Below are positions 39,020-50,445 of a stretch of 64,000 nucleotides of DNA, piece by piece. A program made the position numbers and the translations under genes. Source of the stretch: Candidatus Caldarchaeum sp. GTDB lineage: Archaea > Thermoproteota > Nitrososphaeria_A > Caldarchaeales > Caldarchaeaceae. The stretch is taken from NCBI GenBank assembly GCA_038890155.1, contig JAWAFZ010000001.1:1189-65188 (forward strand), given 5' to 3'. Every line of letters begins with the position of its first letter. Position 1 is the stretch's first letter. Under the pieces are notes generated by a model that worked only from the letters and a program-made list of their open reading frames with translations, was not told the origin of the DNA and ran no database searches.

Positions 39020-40172
39020 CAACGACCTCATGCATATCGCCCATCCCCAACAAGTAGTTTCTACCACGCCATTTGACCGAGGGCATTCCAGCCGTCTTTA
39101 CGACAGCTGTGAGCAAGGCCGCTGAGACGGCGACCGCTCCTAGATACCAGAGGAAGCCGTAGACGAAACGGGATGAATGGAGCCTCGCTTCATGGCCTAA
39201 GGCTAGGCTTGCGGCAAGGTATCCTGCTAGAAAGGCTGGCAGGTTTCCCGACAGCAGAATAACTATCGGTATGGCTAAGCATAAGGATGTGAGGATTATG
39301 TAGGGTGCTTTTTGCTTGATTGAGCGGTTCAGCATTAGTGGTATGAACACTCTCAGCATGCCATTCCATAGAGACTTCGAGTCGTCGTTCCACGAGGAGG
39401 TTAGCTTGTTGAAAGCCTTGGCGAACGAAACCCTTAGACCTGCCTTCAAAGCTCTCAACGCAAGAGCCCTATCCTCAAGAAGGGCGTTCCTAACAGCTCT
39501 ATGTCCGCCGACCTTCTCGTAGGCTTCTCTCTTGATGAGGATGAAGCTGCCGAAAGCGAAAGCAGCCCTTCCAGTCTGGAACATGTGGGGCTTACCTAGC
39601 ACGTACAGGCCTGTGAGCAAAATAGGCATGGTGAGCTTGTGGAGGACGCTGTTGAACCTCAGCCTAGGGTACAGAGTTATCAGCTCGGCCTGTTTCTCCT
39701 CAGCCTTCGACAAAGCCAGGGCTATAACATCCTCCGAGAAATGAGTGTCGGCATCTGTAAAGAGAAGCCAGTCGCCGGATGAATGGCGGTAGCCTACCTC
39801 GCATGCCCATGTCTTCCCAACCCATCCCTCAGGCGGTGAACCGCTCTTGACAGACTTCACTCCCCTATCCGAATACATCTGAGTAATTCTCAAGGTCTGG
39901 TCCGAAGAGTTGTCGTCGACGACGATGACCTCGACTGAAACGCCTCTCTGGGAGAGAAGCGACTCGACGCAGCCGGCTATGGTCTTCTCCTCATTCCTGG
40001 CAGGAACCACGACTGAGACAACTGTCTTAGGAACCCTAGTTTGGGAGTCGAGGTCGTCCAGACTGTTCAAGGCCTCGATTTTCTTCAAAAATACGTACAG
40101 CCAAGCAGCAACGAACACGAGGGCTCCGGCAACAATTATCGCTTGGTTCAACCCTAGAAGAGACGCAAACAA
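39006..40172 (-). CDS. family-2 glycosyltransferase with a C-terminal membrane domain
   Basis: VVPARNEEKTIAGCVESLL…VIVVDDNSSD is a GT-A signature. There are multiple TM helices at the N- and C-termini. Confidence 0.8.
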   Translation of the reverse strand: MFASLLGLNQAIIVAGALVFVAAWLYVFLKKIEALNSLDDLDSQTRVPKTVVSVVVPARNEEKTIAGCVESLLSQRGVSVEVIVVDDNSSDQTLRITQMYSDRGVKSVKSGSPPEGWVGKTWACEVGYRHSSGDWLLFTDADTHFSEDVIALALSKAEEKQAELITLYPRLRFNSVLHKLTMPILLTGLYVLGKPHMFQTGRAAFAFGSFILIKREAYEKVGGHRAVRNALLEDRALALRALKAGLRVSFAKAFNKLTSSWNDDSKSLWNGMLRVFIPLMLNRSIKQKAPYIILTSLCLAIPIVILLSGNLPAFLAGYLAASLALGHEARLHSSRFVYGFLWYLGAVAVSAALLTAVVKTAGMPSVKWRGRNYLLGMGDMHEVVVKVC

Positions 40173-40203
40173 TTTATACTACTTAAACCTGTTCTCATTC
40201 AGA

Positions 40204-40782
40204 ATGTCTGACGACTGGTGGTTTGGAAGAAGGCGGAGACGGCCTTCAAGCTTCTTCGAAGAGTTTGAGGCTATGTTCGAGGAGATGCAGCGTGGGTTCT
40301 TGGAGGAGATCAGGAGGATGATGGACTCTCTGCCCCGTGAGCTTGTGAGGGAGACTAGGACTCCGACGGGAGTAAGGAGAGAGTATGGTCCGTTCGTTTA
40401 CGGCTACTCAATAACTATAGGGCCTGAAGGAAAGCCAATCATACGTCAGTTTGGAAACATATCTCCAGCCGCCTTGCCCAAAGGTTTAGAGGTGAAGGCT
40501 GAGAGGGAGCCTTTGGTAGACATCATCGAGGACGACAAGACTGTCAAGGTGGTTGCCGAGCTTCCCGGCGTAAAGAAGGAGGACATAGACCTCATGCTCG
40601 AGGAGAAAAAACTGACGATAAGGGTTGATACGGAGGCGAGGAAGTACTACAAGGAGGTGAGCCTACCCACAGAGGTGGAGACGTCTGGCGCTAGGGCCGA
40701 GTACAATAACGGCGTCCTGTCCGTGTCTTTGGTGAAGAAGCAGGCGGGCAGGATGAAGGGCGAGAAGGTGAGAGTGGAATAA
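40204..40782 (+). CDS. small heat shock protein, Hsp20 family (second copy)
   Basis: Alpha-crystallin domain VKVVAELPGVKKEDIDLMLE…GVLSVSL. The start was taken at the internal ATG (MSDDWWF), because the ORF-track extension is antisense to the GT2 gene. Confidence 0.8.
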   Translation: MSDDWWFGRRRRRPSSFFEEFEAMFEEMQRGFLEEIRRMMDSLPRELVRETRTPTGVRREYGPFVYGYSITIGPEGKPIIRQFGNISPAALPKGLEVKAEREPLVDIIEDDKTVKVVAELPGVKKEDIDLMLEEKKLTIRVDTEARKYYKEVSLPTEVETSGARAEYNNGVLSVSLVKKQAGRMKGEKVRVE

Positions 40783-40837
40783 TTCATTCAAACAGTTTGT
40801 TTTCTAATCATAGTTAAATAAAGCAAAGAGCCTATTA

Positions 40838-43773
<2,936 letters not shown>

Positions 43774-43841
43774 CCTTCGACAATAGACCAATCATGCATC
43801 TCATATATATCTTAACCGCTCTATTAGGTAGCTGAGGAACC

Positions 43842-44306
43842 ATGAAAAGACTAGTTGCCGCAACGGTTCTGCTGGCGGTCTTGGCCGCCTTGGTGGCCGG
43901 GGTTTCAGCGGTAAACGCTCTAAACCCTTCTCCGGTGCACGGAGTGGGGCGTGGAAGAGGAGGGCCTTTGATGGGCAACACAACAACGACAGAGAGCATC
44001 GTTGAAGGCGCCGTCGTCGACGCAGACTACGGGTTGGTCGTCGTGAGGTCCGATGGTCAGGAACTTAGGCTGGCGGCGCCACGGTTGTGGTCTGTCCGAG
44101 GGGAAAATAAGACTTGGTTCAGGCTGTTCGCCGACGACGACATCAACATAGGCGACAACGTGAGGCTTGTCGTCCTGACGGTTTCGCACACAAACCAACG
44201 TGGAGCTACGATAACCATCCAGATAGTCAAGATCATCACGGACCTAACCACAGGCGTTGAGGCCTCGGCTGTCCATCATCAGCCGCCGGCAGGACCACGA
44301 ATGTAA
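43842..44306 (+). CDS. hypothetical secreted protein
   Basis: 154 aa with a signal peptide MKRLVAATVLLAVLAALVAGVSA. No other motif recognised. Confidence 0.5.
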   Translation: MKRLVAATVLLAVLAALVAGVSAVNALNPSPVHGVGRGRGGPLMGNTTTTESIVEGAVVDADYGLVVVRSDGQELRLAAPRLWSVRGENKTWFRLFADDDINIGDNVRLVVLTVSHTNQRGATITIQIVKIITDLTTGVEASAVHHQPPAGPRM

Positions 44307-44354
44307 ACAACCCCCCATAATTTTTTATAACGACGCACCGCTTAACTGAGCGGA

Positions 44355-44981
44355 TTGATGGTTCCGGCGATCGTTAGGCTGGACATTCTTTTCGAAGCCG
44401 TTAGTTTCATCTTAAGCCTAGCCATAGCCTCCATCTCCTTCCTTGCCTGGAGGAAGGTAGGGTCTAGAACCTTACTGCTGTTCTCTTTGGGCTTTTTTCT
44501 AATGGCTTCAGCCATGCTTCTGCGTATAGTCTTGGTCAGCCTAGCTTTCTCATCCGCATCGTCTCCGCCATACCTCAGGGCCCGGTTTTTCTTTGTTCTC
44601 GAGCTTCAGGAGACAATCTACTCGCTCATACGGCTGGTGTCCTACGTCGTTTTCCTGTACCTATACGCCGCCTACCCGTTGAAGAGAAACGGAGGCCTGC
44701 ACCTACTCGCCCCCGTATCCCTGATCTATAACCCGTTCTTCGAAGCCGTGTCTGCAACGATACTCGCTTTCATAGTCTACCAGCTGGCCACAACCACACG
44801 AGACAAACAAGCTGGCTACGGAACAGCAGGCTTCATTTTCCTGTTCACCAGCCACCTACTCTTCATAGCAACACCCCTGTCGCTAAACTTCTACCTCCTA
44901 GCCCACTTCACCCAGATGCTGTCATTCATTCTCTTCCTGACAGGGGTTTCGACGGTGCTGAAACATGGTGAAAGACTATAG
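44355..44981 (+). CDS. hypothetical polytopic membrane protein
   Basis: 208 aa with about six hydrophobic helices. Confidence 0.5.
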   Translation: MMVPAIVRLDILFEAVSFILSLAIASISFLAWRKVGSRTLLLFSLGFFLMASAMLLRIVLVSLAFSSASSPPYLRARFFFVLELQETIYSLIRLVSYVVFLYLYAAYPLKRNGGLHLLAPVSLIYNPFFEAVSATILAFIVYQLATTTRDKQAGYGTAGFIFLFTSHLLFIATPLSLNFYLLAHFTQMLSFILFLTGVSTVLKHGERL

Positions 44982-45240
44982 GTCGAAGGCTAGAATATAC
45001 TCGGACATACTCGAGTCCATATCTTCGCAAGGCCTGGCTAAGCCTACGAGGATTATGTTGGACGCCAACCTCTCCTACGACCGTTTGACGAAATACCTCT
45101 CGCTGCTGTTGGAGAAAGGGTTGGTCAAAAAGCATGAGGGGTCAGAGCTGTCATACGTCATCACCGAGAAAGGCGTGCATTATCTTTCCGAGTTTAAAAA
45201 ATTCGAAAGGCTGGCAGCTGCCTTCGGACTCAGGCTATGA
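44965..45240 (+). CDS. small winged-helix DNA-binding protein (HTH_45-like)
   Basis: 91 aa. The motif ILESISSQGLAKPTRIMLDANLSYDRLTKYLSLLLEKGLV…LTEKG is wHTH-like. It overlaps the upstream membrane-protein gene by 17 nt. Confidence 0.55.
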   Translation: MVKDYRSKARIYSDILESISSQGLAKPTRIMLDANLSYDRLTKYLSLLLEKGLVKKHEGSELSYVITEKGVHYLSEFKKFERLAAAFGLRL

Positions 45241-45405
45241 TGTTGAGGCATGTTGCGTCTTCTTCTTGACGATCCTGATTTTGCAGAGCAGCGAGTCGCC
45301 GTCCTTGATCTCGAAGATTTTTCTTATCTCTTCAGGGATGGTTATCCGACCGCCCGCAGTGACCTCCGCGAAGAACGGAATATCTTCCTCAGATATTTCA
45401 ACCAT
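45235..45405 (-). CDS. AbrB/SpoVT-type (swapped-hairpin) DNA-binding protein, 56 aa, absent from the ORF track
   Basis: The minus-strand translation is MVEISEEDIPFFAEVTAGGRITIPEEIRKIFEIKDGDSLLCKIRIVKKKTQHASTS. The GRITIPEEIRK…DGD motif is the AbrB/MazE/VapB hairpin signature. It starts 39 nt downstream of the decarboxylase stop. Confidence 0.5.
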   Translation of the reverse strand: MVEISEEDIPFFAEVTAGGRITIPEEIRKIFEIKDGDSLLCKIRIVKKKTQHASTS

Positions 45406-45443
45406 TTTTACGGCTTTTTACTGGATCAAGCTGCTTAATAACT

Positions 45444-46418
45444 TCACTCGGCACGGGCCGGACCTCCGACTCCCGAAACCCATGGCTTGAACCCAATGTC
45501 CTCCACCCTGCTGGAGACATACTGGGCGTCCTCGGGATGGGTGTTTATGAAGACGGTGGGCCCCGTCTGCATCGAGTAGTAGCATTCTACCCCCTCCCTC
45601 CTCAGCCGCATAACCTCGTTAATTATTCTCATGCTGTCAACTGACGCAAGTATCAGCCTTCTAAGGCCTGTGGCCGTGGCCGCGTGCAGCTCTATCGTGT
45701 CCAGTTCCTTCAACTCGCCGAAAGTCCTGAAGTCTCCGTTTACTATGGCTTTCTCCATCACCTCGCATCTCTGCTGAGCGTTTTTAACACGGGCGTCGAA
45801 GAGAGTGGATCGCTCGGCCTCCGAGTGAGCTTCCTCGGTCGAGAACTCGGCGTTTAACGGCACAACCACCACTTTGAGCGGGAGGTTTTTCTCGTCTGCG
45901 AAACAGACAGCGTAAGAATCTTCGTCAGAGCTGCCTGCGTACCATCTGGAGTAGTTGCCTACGACGCTCCTGCAGGCCGAACCCGCCAGCCTCCGCGCAA
46001 TCCTCGACAGAAGACGCATGTCCCATCCGTACCGCTTGTCTAGGCTAGCCGCTTTGAAGGAGGCGACGGCTAGCGCAGCCCCTCCGGATGACGAGAACCC
46101 AAGACCCTTCACCCTTCCTAGGGGTATCGAATTGTTTGAAACAACTCGGAAGTCGGCCTCAAACCCCGCAAGCTTCATGACGTACTCTACAACGGTTTGG
46201 ATGCGCTGAAGCTCCCTCCCCGAGACCCTGACGCCGTTGATGACTGCCGTGCTCTCGCCGAAATCGCCGAACTCAACCTCAGTAGTCGTCGTGAACGCGC
46301 CGAGGTTGACCGAGATGCTGTCATGGTAGGGTATTCTAAGCCTCCAGTCCCTGAGACCGTGGTACTTTACAAGCCCCTCCATCGGATGAGCGACAGCCCT
46401 CCCCTTCACATCCCCCAC
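45444..46418 (-). CDS. GHMP-kinase-fold mevalonate diphosphate decarboxylase family protein
   Basis: N-terminus VKYHGLRDWRLRIPYHDSISVNLGAFTTTTEVEF matches the MVD pattern (iKYWGKRd…P.N.SiSvTL…TTTT), and it has a Gly/Ser-rich ATP loop GLGFSSSGGAA. Confidence 0.7.
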   Translation of the reverse strand: MGDVKGRAVAHPMEGLVKYHGLRDWRLRIPYHDSISVNLGAFTTTTEVEFGDFGESTAVINGVRVSGRELQRIQTVVEYVMKLAGFEADFRVVSNNSIPLGRVKGLGFSSSGGAALAVASFKAASLDKRYGWDMRLLSRIARRLAGSACRSVVGNYSRWYAGSSDEDSYAVCFADEKNLPLKVVVVPLNAEFSTEEAHSEAERSTLFDARVKNAQQRCEVMEKAIVNGDFRTFGELKELDTIELHAATATGLRRLILASVDSMRIINEVMRLRREGVECYYSMQTGPTVFINTHPEDAQYVSSRVEDIGFKPWVSGVGGPARAE

Positions 46419-47567
46419 CTAGGTGTAGCGTATTCTTTGAAACCTTCTAACCAACTCAACAACCTCAGCCGAGACATTCTCCCCCTCCAAGGCTCTCTTA
46501 CAAAGCCGGGCTGCCCTCGACATCTGCTTCAAACCCATACCCCTTCTGGAAACCTCGGAAGTCCCCATCCTCACAGCTATGTCCACAAGTATCTTAGACT
46601 TCTCCAGAACATCCCTCATCCTCACTCCATCCTGCTCGGTGCAAGGTATGTAAACTTGGTGTGATTTTGTGTATCCACTCGAGTCCTTGAAAGGCCTGAC
46701 CCCATACTTATCGAGAGACGAAGCCAGCTCTGACGCGTTGCTCACCACTCTTTCTGCGTAGGCCCGACCGTTGCGTTTCATCTCTTCTAAGGCTACGGCC
46801 AGCCCTGCAACCCTGTTGAAGTGAATGTTATCTACAAACTTGTGGAAAGTCGTTTCCTCCACCGCTCTGGCGATTTTTTCGTCATTGGTGAGTATAATTC
46901 CTCCTTGGGGGCCGAAGAATGATTTGTGAGTCGACCCGAGCAGGATGTCAGCTCCTTCTTCGAGAGGTTTCTGGAACAAACCGCCCGCTATCAGCCCTAG
47001 GACGTGAGAGCCGTCGTAAACAACCCTGCCTCCGTATGAGTGGACAGCCTCCGACAACTCTTTCACCGGCATCGGGTAAAGAAATAAACTCGCCCCCAAC
47101 ACCACGGCATCCGGCCTCTCCCTCTCAACAATTCTGAGACACTCTTCCAAGTCTAGGTGAAACCCTTTGTACGGGAGAAAATGAACACGGTAGCCGAAAA
47201 CTTCAACAATCTTATCCTTCATCAAGCCGGGGTATCCGCCAACCGAGGGGTCGACCGACGCGACCTTACCTCCCCTACCTGCGACAACGTACAAAGCCTG
47301 CATCAAGGCCAGATGACCGGAGAGAGGAGCTACGCTGACGAAGTCGCAGCGGAATACACTCTTAGCCAAGTCCTCGGCAGCGCTCCAGACTTCATGCATC
47401 ATCGACGTGCCTGAGTAGAATTCTGGCCTGAACGCATAGCGGGAGGCCATGTCTGACGAGAGAGCTCTTCTGACGGCCGGGCTGAGGACGTTGTCGCTTG
47501 CCAACAGGCTGAGATACCTTGGCCTTTCACGGTCATGCCTGTAAACAGCTTCAAGAGGCCTGTACAT
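46419..47567 (-). CDS. glyA: serine hydroxymethyltransferase-like PLP enzyme
   Basis: SLLASDNVLSP…, a PLP-lysine region GSTHKSFFGPQGG, and a fold-type I pattern. It is divergent from the canonical SHMT sequence. Confidence 0.65.
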   Translation of the reverse strand: MYRPLEAVYRHDRERPRYLSLLASDNVLSPAVRRALSSDMASRYAFRPEFYSGTSMMHEVWSAAEDLAKSVFRCDFVSVAPLSGHLALMQALYVVAGRGGKVASVDPSVGGYPGLMKDKIVEVFGYRVHFLPYKGFHLDLEECLRIVERERPDAVVLGASLFLYPMPVKELSEAVHSYGGRVVYDGSHVLGLIAGGLFQKPLEEGADILLGSTHKSFFGPQGGIILTNDEKIARAVEETTFHKFVDNIHFNRVAGLAVALEEMKRNGRAYAERVVSNASELASSLDKYGVRPFKDSSGYTKSHQVYIPCTEQDGVRMRDVLEKSKILVDIAVRMGTSEVSRRGMGLKQMSRAARLCKRALEGENVSAEVVELVRRFQRIRYT

Positions 47568-47603
47568 CCAATAAATCCTTAACGCCGAGGATTTTACTGT
47601 TTT

Positions 47604-48062
47604 TCACACATAGACGTACCTAGTGTCAGCCTTGACAACTCTCAGCGTGACATACGTGTTCACCGCTGAAACACCTTTGAGCTTCTTTATCCTATCAACA
47701 ACCTCCCTGACGTGGTTTAAATCGTAGCCGACGACGACTGCGATCGCGTCATAGTCTCCTGAAAGCTGGTAGATGTTATAAACCTCCCTCATGGCTTTCA
47801 GCTCCTCAAGAACATTATCCAGCTCGGAAGGCTCGATCTTAATCATCAAAGCAGCTGAATTCTTCAGCCCAAGCTTAGAATGGTCCACAAGGGCAGTGAT
47901 ACGGCGGATTACACCGCTGCGGACTAGCCTGTTAAACCTGAAACGAACCGTGTTTTCGCTGACTCCCAGCTTCCTCCCTATGTCGGCAAAAGAGGCTCGT
48001 CCATCCTCGTAGAGGATAGACAATATCTTCTTGTCGAGCTCGTCAACCTCCTCAGCCATCAC
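47604..48062 (-). CDS. Lrp/AsnC-family transcriptional regulator
   Basis: HTH ILSILYEDGRASFADIGRKLGVSENTVRFR plus a RAM domain. Confidence 0.9.
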   Translation of the reverse strand: MMAEEVDELDKKILSILYEDGRASFADIGRKLGVSENTVRFRFNRLVRSGVIRRITALVDHSKLGLKNSAALMIKIEPSELDNVLEELKAMREVYNIYQLSGDYDAIAVVVGYDLNHVREVVDRIKKLKGVSAVNTYVTLRVVKADTRYVYV

Positions 48063-48498
48063 CGTCCCACCTAACTATCAACCCTTTGTCCGGGCTGTGT
48101 TTTGAGAGGTCGACAAACCTCCAACCCCTTCCGACAAACCTTATAGCGGCGACGGGCCTTGGGTGTATCCTCTCGCCGCAGTGAGGGCATTTTACTTCAA
48201 ACTTCTTTACAAACTCCATCAGCCTAGAGACCTGCTCGCTGTTCAGCATGGCGTATGATTTGCTGCTGCTTTTCACCTCGACAGCTATCAACTCCCCCCC
48301 GTCAACGGCCAGCATGTCGGGCTTAGCCATCTTACCCGAGCCGCTTCCCGGAGTCCTTATGGCGTAGAAACCATCCTCCCCGACCTCAACGAACTTTCTC
48401 AGCAGGCTGTACTCACCTTCGTAGCCCAACCGCGCCCTATACCTTGGGGAGTTGGGGTTGGAGGGTTTTCGAGCCATACATTCAACGCCCGTCTTCAA
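48052..48498 (-). CDS. hjc: Holliday junction resolvase Hjc, with an N-terminal extension and a CPHC-containing insertion
   Basis: The sequence aligns colinearly with Pyrococcus Hjc: E…GFYAIRTPGSGSG…PDMLAVDG…IAVEVKSS (catalytic E/D/E-x-K) … AAIRFVGRGWRFVDLS. Confidence 0.75.
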   Translation of the reverse strand: MKTGVECMARKPSNPNSPRYRARLGYEGEYSLLRKFVEVGEDGFYAIRTPGSGSGKMAKPDMLAVDGGELIAVEVKSSSKSYAMLNSEQVSRLMEFVKKFEVKCPHCGERIHPRPVAAIRFVGRGWRFVDLSKHSPDKGLIVRWDGDG

Positions 48499-48865
48499 GA
48501 TGTATTATCTTCTTCTCCTGCTTCTCCGCGACAGGCGGGTTCTTCTCGATCTCGTTCAGCTCGATCAACAGCGGACTCAGATACCTGCTGAAAGTAGCTG
48601 AGTTCTTGACCCATTTCCTCTCCGAAGGCTTAGACAAATACCCAATCTCAACAAGGTTGGAGAGGAATGTGGAAACGCTTCTACGCTTTCTTTCATTCCT
48701 CGAAACAGATTCGTGTAAACGTTCAGTCAAGTCTGTGAGGCTGAAGGTGGTTTTACTCATCGTGGCGATTGCCGCCAGCACCTGCACGATCTCGTCCTCG
48801 GTCAAAAGCCGCGTCTTCCACTTCAGCATCTTCACCACAGGGTTCACTTCTTTCATTTTTGTCAA
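48482..48865 (-). CDS. hypothetical winged-helix-like protein
   Basis: 127 aa. The segment TFSLTDLTERL…RSVSTFLSNLVEIGYLSK is wHTH-like. Confidence 0.45.
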   Translation of the reverse strand: MTKMKEVNPVVKMLKWKTRLLTEDEIVQVLAAIATMSKTTFSLTDLTERLHESVSRNERKRRSVSTFLSNLVEIGYLSKPSERKWVKNSATFSRYLSPLLIELNEIEKNPPVAEKQEKKIIHLEDGR

Positions 48866-50292
48866 ACCCTGTAAAACCTTTCATAAATGTATGCCGGGTC
48901 AACCATCACCATTTTACTGCATGAGAAGCATGTCGTCTGCAGCATTTCTTTATCGGATATGGCTAGCTCAAGCTCGGTTTTAGATGGGAGAACTAGAAGG
49001 TTTATCGACTGGCAGTAAGGGCATTTAAGCTTCACTCTCGTGCCGCTGTCGTCGTTGAGCAAGATGCCTTTGTTCTTCAGCTTGAAGAAGACGGGGGATT
49101 GAGGTGCTGCTGGCTCTGGGGCAGGCTGCTTGACACCGCTGACACGGTTTAGCTCCGCCCTCAGCCTCTCGTTCTCCTCCTCAAGCTGAGACTTCTTGGC
49201 AACGACTTCTTTAAACTCCTTCTCCAGCTTTTCGAAAACCCATTTAGGAATCAGGTCGTTCTTTATAGCGGGCATCACAAACTCGACGACTTTCTTTCTG
49301 ACGTTCTCCACAAGCGACTGCTCCAGTGGTTTAAGCATTTGGATTTCACCAGCCTTCACCTTGGCGATGTTTGCGAACTGCTTGGACAACGCCTCCAAGT
49401 CTTCTCTCTTCACTAGCTCAGGACTCTGGAGAAGCATCATCAGGGATCGGGCCGATGCTGCCTCGTCCTCCAAAACATCTACTATCTCCCTTCTCTTCTC
49501 AACCTCCTCTTCCAACTTCCTCAACTCGGCCTTCTTCTCCTCGATGGCCTTCAGAACATCATCAGCACTTCCCCTGAAACCAACGAGCACCTCATACTCC
49601 TTAGCGAGTTCCTCAATCTTCCTAGAAAGAACTTCATGCCTGCTCTCCAGCTCAGCCACCGATTGTCTAAGCTTTTCGAGAAGTTGTTCAAGGTCTTCAA
49701 TTTCAGGCAGCGATTGAGATAGTTGTTTTAGCCTGTCCTGCTTTGCGTTGAGCTCTTCCTCGACTTGGCTGAGCTTCAGCTCCTTCTGCTGAAGCATGTT
49801 GTTGGCTTCTAATATTTTCGACTCGACTTCATCTAGGCGTGCGAATTTTTCAAACAGCTCCTTGACATTTAGGCCTGAAGTGGTCATCTTCACAGCGGCT
49901 CTGACTATCTGCTCGAGGTTGTTGACGTCGACGGAGTACTGTTCAAGCGTTTTCATCAGGTTCGCAACCCTGTTGACGGTCTCGAGCGTTAGCTTGTGCT
50001 GCTCTAGGTAAATCTTCAAGTCCTCCTCAATTCTTCTCCTCTTCTCCAGCAGCTCGCTGATGGCGTACTCGAGCTTAACACTCTCACGGAATTTCTTCTC
50101 ATAATCCTTAACCAGAGCGGAGTAGTTTTTTCCATGGGCCCTCTCCAGCTCGCGAAGCTTCAGCGCAGCCTTCACATACCTCTTGAACTGCTGGGGAGAC
50201 AACCCCATCTCCTTATAGGCGGCGATAACCTCATTCATCTCCCCCCCATCATCCTTACCCACTCCACCGCCGGCCTCCAAGTTCTCGTCCAT
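48862..50292 (-). CDS. hypothetical long coiled-coil protein with a C-terminal CxxC…CxxC zinc ribbon
   Basis: 476 aa, with about 350 aa of heptad-rich E/K/L sequence, then KCPYCQS…CFSCSK. Confidence 0.5.
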   Translation of the reverse strand: MDENLEAGGGVGKDDGGEMNEVIAAYKEMGLSPQQFKRYVKAALKLRELERAHGKNYSALVKDYEKKFRESVKLEYAISELLEKRRRIEEDLKIYLEQHKLTLETVNRVANLMKTLEQYSVDVNNLEQIVRAAVKMTTSGLNVKELFEKFARLDEVESKILEANNMLQQKELKLSQVEEELNAKQDRLKQLSQSLPEIEDLEQLLEKLRQSVAELESRHEVLSRKIEELAKEYEVLVGFRGSADDVLKAIEEKKAELRKLEEEVEKRREIVDVLEDEAASARSLMMLLQSPELVKREDLEALSKQFANIAKVKAGEIQMLKPLEQSLVENVRKKVVEFVMPAIKNDLIPKWVFEKLEKEFKEVVAKKSQLEEENERLRAELNRVSGVKQPAPEPAAPQSPVFFKLKNKGILLNDDSGTRVKLKCPYCQSINLLVLPSKTELELAISDKEMLQTTCFSCSKMVMVDPAYIYERFYRV

Positions 50293-50445
50293 TAATCCCT
50301 TAATACAACAAACAATGATTTAAGAGTATAAGTCTACCCAGACCAACCGTCGTCCGAGCGTAATGGTCTCAAGCATCTTCGAGTCGTACATGAGTAGTGA
50401 AGTTTTAAATAAATACTCGGCATAATCATTTGCGGTGTACTAGCC

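Noticed and set aside
39910-40203. N-terminal 98 codons of the plus-strand ORF preceding Hsp20-2
   Set aside because: They are antisense to the GT2 glycosyltransferase N-terminus. The Hsp20 domain begins after the ATG at 40204.
45250-45438. 62-aa plus-strand ORF
   Set aside because: It is antisense to the AbrB/SpoVT-type small gene, whose translation carries a recognisable DNA-binding hairpin motif, and it has no motif of its own.
48052-48498. Hjc-like nuclease as part of a novel defence system
   Set aside because: The protein aligns end-to-end with housekeeping Hjc, including its C-terminal motif. The CPHC insertion has only two Cys. It is better explained as the genomic Holliday junction resolvase in an unusual operon, and that operon is reported as a finding.
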